A stretch of DNA of 64,000 nt, from NCBI GenBank assembly GCA_963771175.1, contig CAVYSY010000038.1, positions 256,001 through 320,000 on the forward strand, given 5' to 3'. This stretch comes from an uncultured delta proteobacterium. Lineage in GTDB: Bacteria; Myxococcota; Myxococcia; Myxococcales; Myxococcaceae. How positions within the stretch are numbered: position 1 is the stretch's first letter; each line of letters starts with the position of its first letter. Shown piece after piece: positions 62,018 to 64,000 of the stretch. The notes below the pieces were generated by a model. The model saw nothing but the letters and a program-made list of their open reading frames with translations, was not told where the DNA came from and did not search any database. The translations under genes were made by a program, and so were the position numbers.

Positions 62018-62537
62018 TCAAGCGGCCACGGGACGCGCGGCCACGGGCGCCTCGGCCGACTCCGTGGCGGCGACGAGGGACTCAGGCGAGCCGCCGTCGG
62101 AGAACAGCGGGGCGCTCGGGCGGGACTTCGGCGGACGGCCCCGGCGCTTCGGCGCGGTCTCGTCGTTCTGCGCGGCGGCCTCGGAAACCATGCCGTCCGG
62201 ACGCGCCGTCTTGCGCGCCCCTCGCGGCAGGCTGATGGCCTCCAGCTTCGTGCTCAGCACCGCGTCCTCCTCGGCGAACACGCGCGCGTACGCCAGCGCC
62301 CGCTGGCCCTTCTGCAGCAGCGCCTCCTGGCTCTCGCCCAACGTCTGGCGCGCCGCCTCCAGCGCCGCCTGCGCCTGGGCCACCGCCTCGGCCTGCGCCT
62401 TCACCCGGGCCGCCGCCTCGTCCAACACCTCCGCGTCCACATCCGGGAACTTCACCTCGGACAGGTCCGTGGAGAACACCTCGAGCAGTGCCCGGCATCG
62501 CGGGCGAGATGGGATCGTTTTCGGTCGTGTCGAACAT
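62018..62537 (-). CDS. Hypothetical coiled-coil protein with AT-hook-like tail (frameshift near 62495)
   Basis: GGAG RBS, VKFPDVDA, coiled coil, KRRGRPPK. Confidence 0.65.
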
Positions 62538-62746
62538 GGGTTGGGACTCCCCTCCAACGAGCAGCGTGGGCCCGCCATGTGCACAGATGTTCAGTGCCAT
62601 TTCAAGGGGGTACGCCGCGGAGCCGATTTATCGGCCTCGCGCCGCGTTCACGTCCCGACCCATCAGCGGCGGCGGGCGGGGATGACCCCCCACATGTGGG
62701 CGGGCAACCCTACATCCCGAGTCTCCTGCCGGACGGACTCGGGGAC

Positions 62747-63847
62747 TCAATCCACGCGCACCAGCGACACGGTGCGCACGCCCTGGGCCGGGTCCACGTC
62801 CACCGCCAGGAAGTGCCGCCCCACCCCGTCGAACTGCTCGGGGATGGCGCCGCCGCCTCCCGAGATGAACGACGGAATCCCCGCGTTGGAGAACGAGTAG
62901 TACGAGTGCACGTGGCCGTAGAGCGTGAGGTCCACTCCCCCGCGCGACAGCTTCGCCAGCAGGGAGGCCGCCTCGTTGCGGCTCGCGAAGGCGCCGTTGC
63001 GCACCCCGATGGGGTCCACGATGGGGATGTGCGTGCCCAGGATGTGCACCGCGTCCTGGCCCGCCGCCAGCCACCCGTCCAGTGCCTCGTCCGCCCTCGG
63101 GTCCAACGAGCCGTTGCCCGAGTCGATCATCGTGAAGTGCACGCCCTGGAAGGTGAAGTGCAGGTTGCCCCGGCCGAAGTACTCGTGCCAGCGCGGGTCC
63201 GGGGTGATGATCTCGTGGTTGCCCAGCGTGGCGAAGAGGGGGATGCGCGACTCCTGCAGGCGCGACTGGAACTCCTCCAGCTGCTCCACGGTGCCCGTCT
63301 GCGTCAGGTCCCCCGAGAAGAAGATGAAGCGCAGCGAGGGGTCCGCGTTGATGCGCCGGTAGATGTCGCCCACGCGCGGCAGGGCCTCCTGCACGTCCGC
63401 CAGCGCCGCGAAGCGGAAGGGTATCGGCTGCTCCCACATGGGAGGCGCCACCGTCAGCCGAGCCTCCGCGCCCGCCGGCAGCCGCACCCGCCACGTCTTC
63501 ACCGTGGGCTGAAGCCCGGGCACGGACTCCACCACCAGCGGCTCGCCGCCCACCATCGCGGAGAGCTCCGCGTCCGGCATGACGTTGCGCACCACCACAA
63601 CCCAGGACTCGGTGGCCCCGGACGAAACCAGCGCGCGCACGTGGAAGGCCGGCGCCGAGCCCCACAGCGTCAGCGTGCCCGGCTCCTGCTTGCGCACCAC
63701 CGCCAGCCCGTCCTCCACGGTGAAGGCCACCCCACCCACCTCCGACCGCCCCACCTCCAGATCCTTCAGCGCGCGCTCCTCCGACGGCCGCGCACAGCCC
63801 CCGGCCAGCAGCGCGAGCACGACGGCTCCCAGGCCCACGTTCCTCAC
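62747..63847 (-). CDS. Metallophosphoesterase lipoprotein
   Basis: Lipobox AGGC; ADVQ, GDLT, GNHE, THIP, GHVH. Confidence 0.88.
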   Translation of the reverse strand: MRNVGLGAVVLALLAGGCARPSEERALKDLEVGRSEVGGVAFTVEDGLAVVRKQEPGTLTLWGSAPAFHVRALVSSGATESWVVVVRNVMPDAELSAMVGGEPLVVESVPGLQPTVKTWRVRLPAGAEARLTVAPPMWEQPIPFRFAALADVQEALPRVGDIYRRINADPSLRFIFFSGDLTQTGTVEQLEEFQSRLQESRIPLFATLGNHEIITPDPRWHEYFGRGNLHFTFQGVHFTMIDSGNGSLDPRADEALDGWLAAGQDAVHILGTHIPIVDPIGVRNGAFASRNEAASLLAKLSRGGVDLTLYGHVHSYYSFSNAGIPSFISGGGGAIPEQFDGVGRHFLAVDVDPAQGVRTVSLVRVD

Positions 63848-64000
63848 ATCCCACCTCCCAGCGCGTAGACGAGCGACACCCGGCCCACCAGGGCCGAGCC
63901 CGCCTGCAGGTCCGTGGACACGCCCCACCGCTCGGTGAGCAGGACACGCCCGCGCAGCCCGAAGTACCCCGGCACGCCTCCGAACCTCTGGATGCCGCCC
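63844..64000 (-). CDS. 3' end of a probable outer-membrane protein (partial)
   Basis: Frame ends ...GRVSLVYALGGGM-stop, overlapping the GTG start of the next gene. Confidence 0.5.
   Translation of the reverse strand, partial: GGIQRFGGVPGYFGLRGRVLLTERWGVSTDLQAGSALVGRVSLVYALGGGM

Overview
High-GC myxobacterial chromosome segment (Archangium/Cystobacter-like by gene content; inference). Many genes carry single-base frameshifts, densest at 28-40 kb, most likely sequencing or assembly indels. Housekeeping and accessory content: two TonB-dependent receptor loci, PLD, MFS, aldehyde dehydrogenase + DUF779, a sigma-54 two-component system split by about 4 kb, a Pha/Mrp antiporter operon, DsbD/redoxin, an Fe-S oxidoreductase, tRNA-Gln, a stand-alone TruB-like gene, a Ser/Thr kinase-ATPase-TPR protein and a Septu-like ATPase+HNH pair. 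The highlight is a minus-strand RiPP cluster of about 10 kb (17.6-27.7 kb). It has a 71-aa precursor with a xenorceptide (XyeA)-like leader but a core of four His-x-Ser motifs at 4-residue spacing. Following the precursor are an XyeB-like cyclophane-forming radical SAM/SPASM enzyme, a stand-alone aKG-HExxH hydroxylase, a short HlyD-like protein, a C39 peptidase-ABC exporter, a Cys-pair repeat lipoprotein, an orphan ABC permease, a damaged GT9 glycosyltransferase and an SCEGH-motif protein. It is a candidate poly-His/Ser cyclophane (triceptide) pathway that I do not recognise as characterised. All family calls come from motif recognition by eye; no database searches were run.
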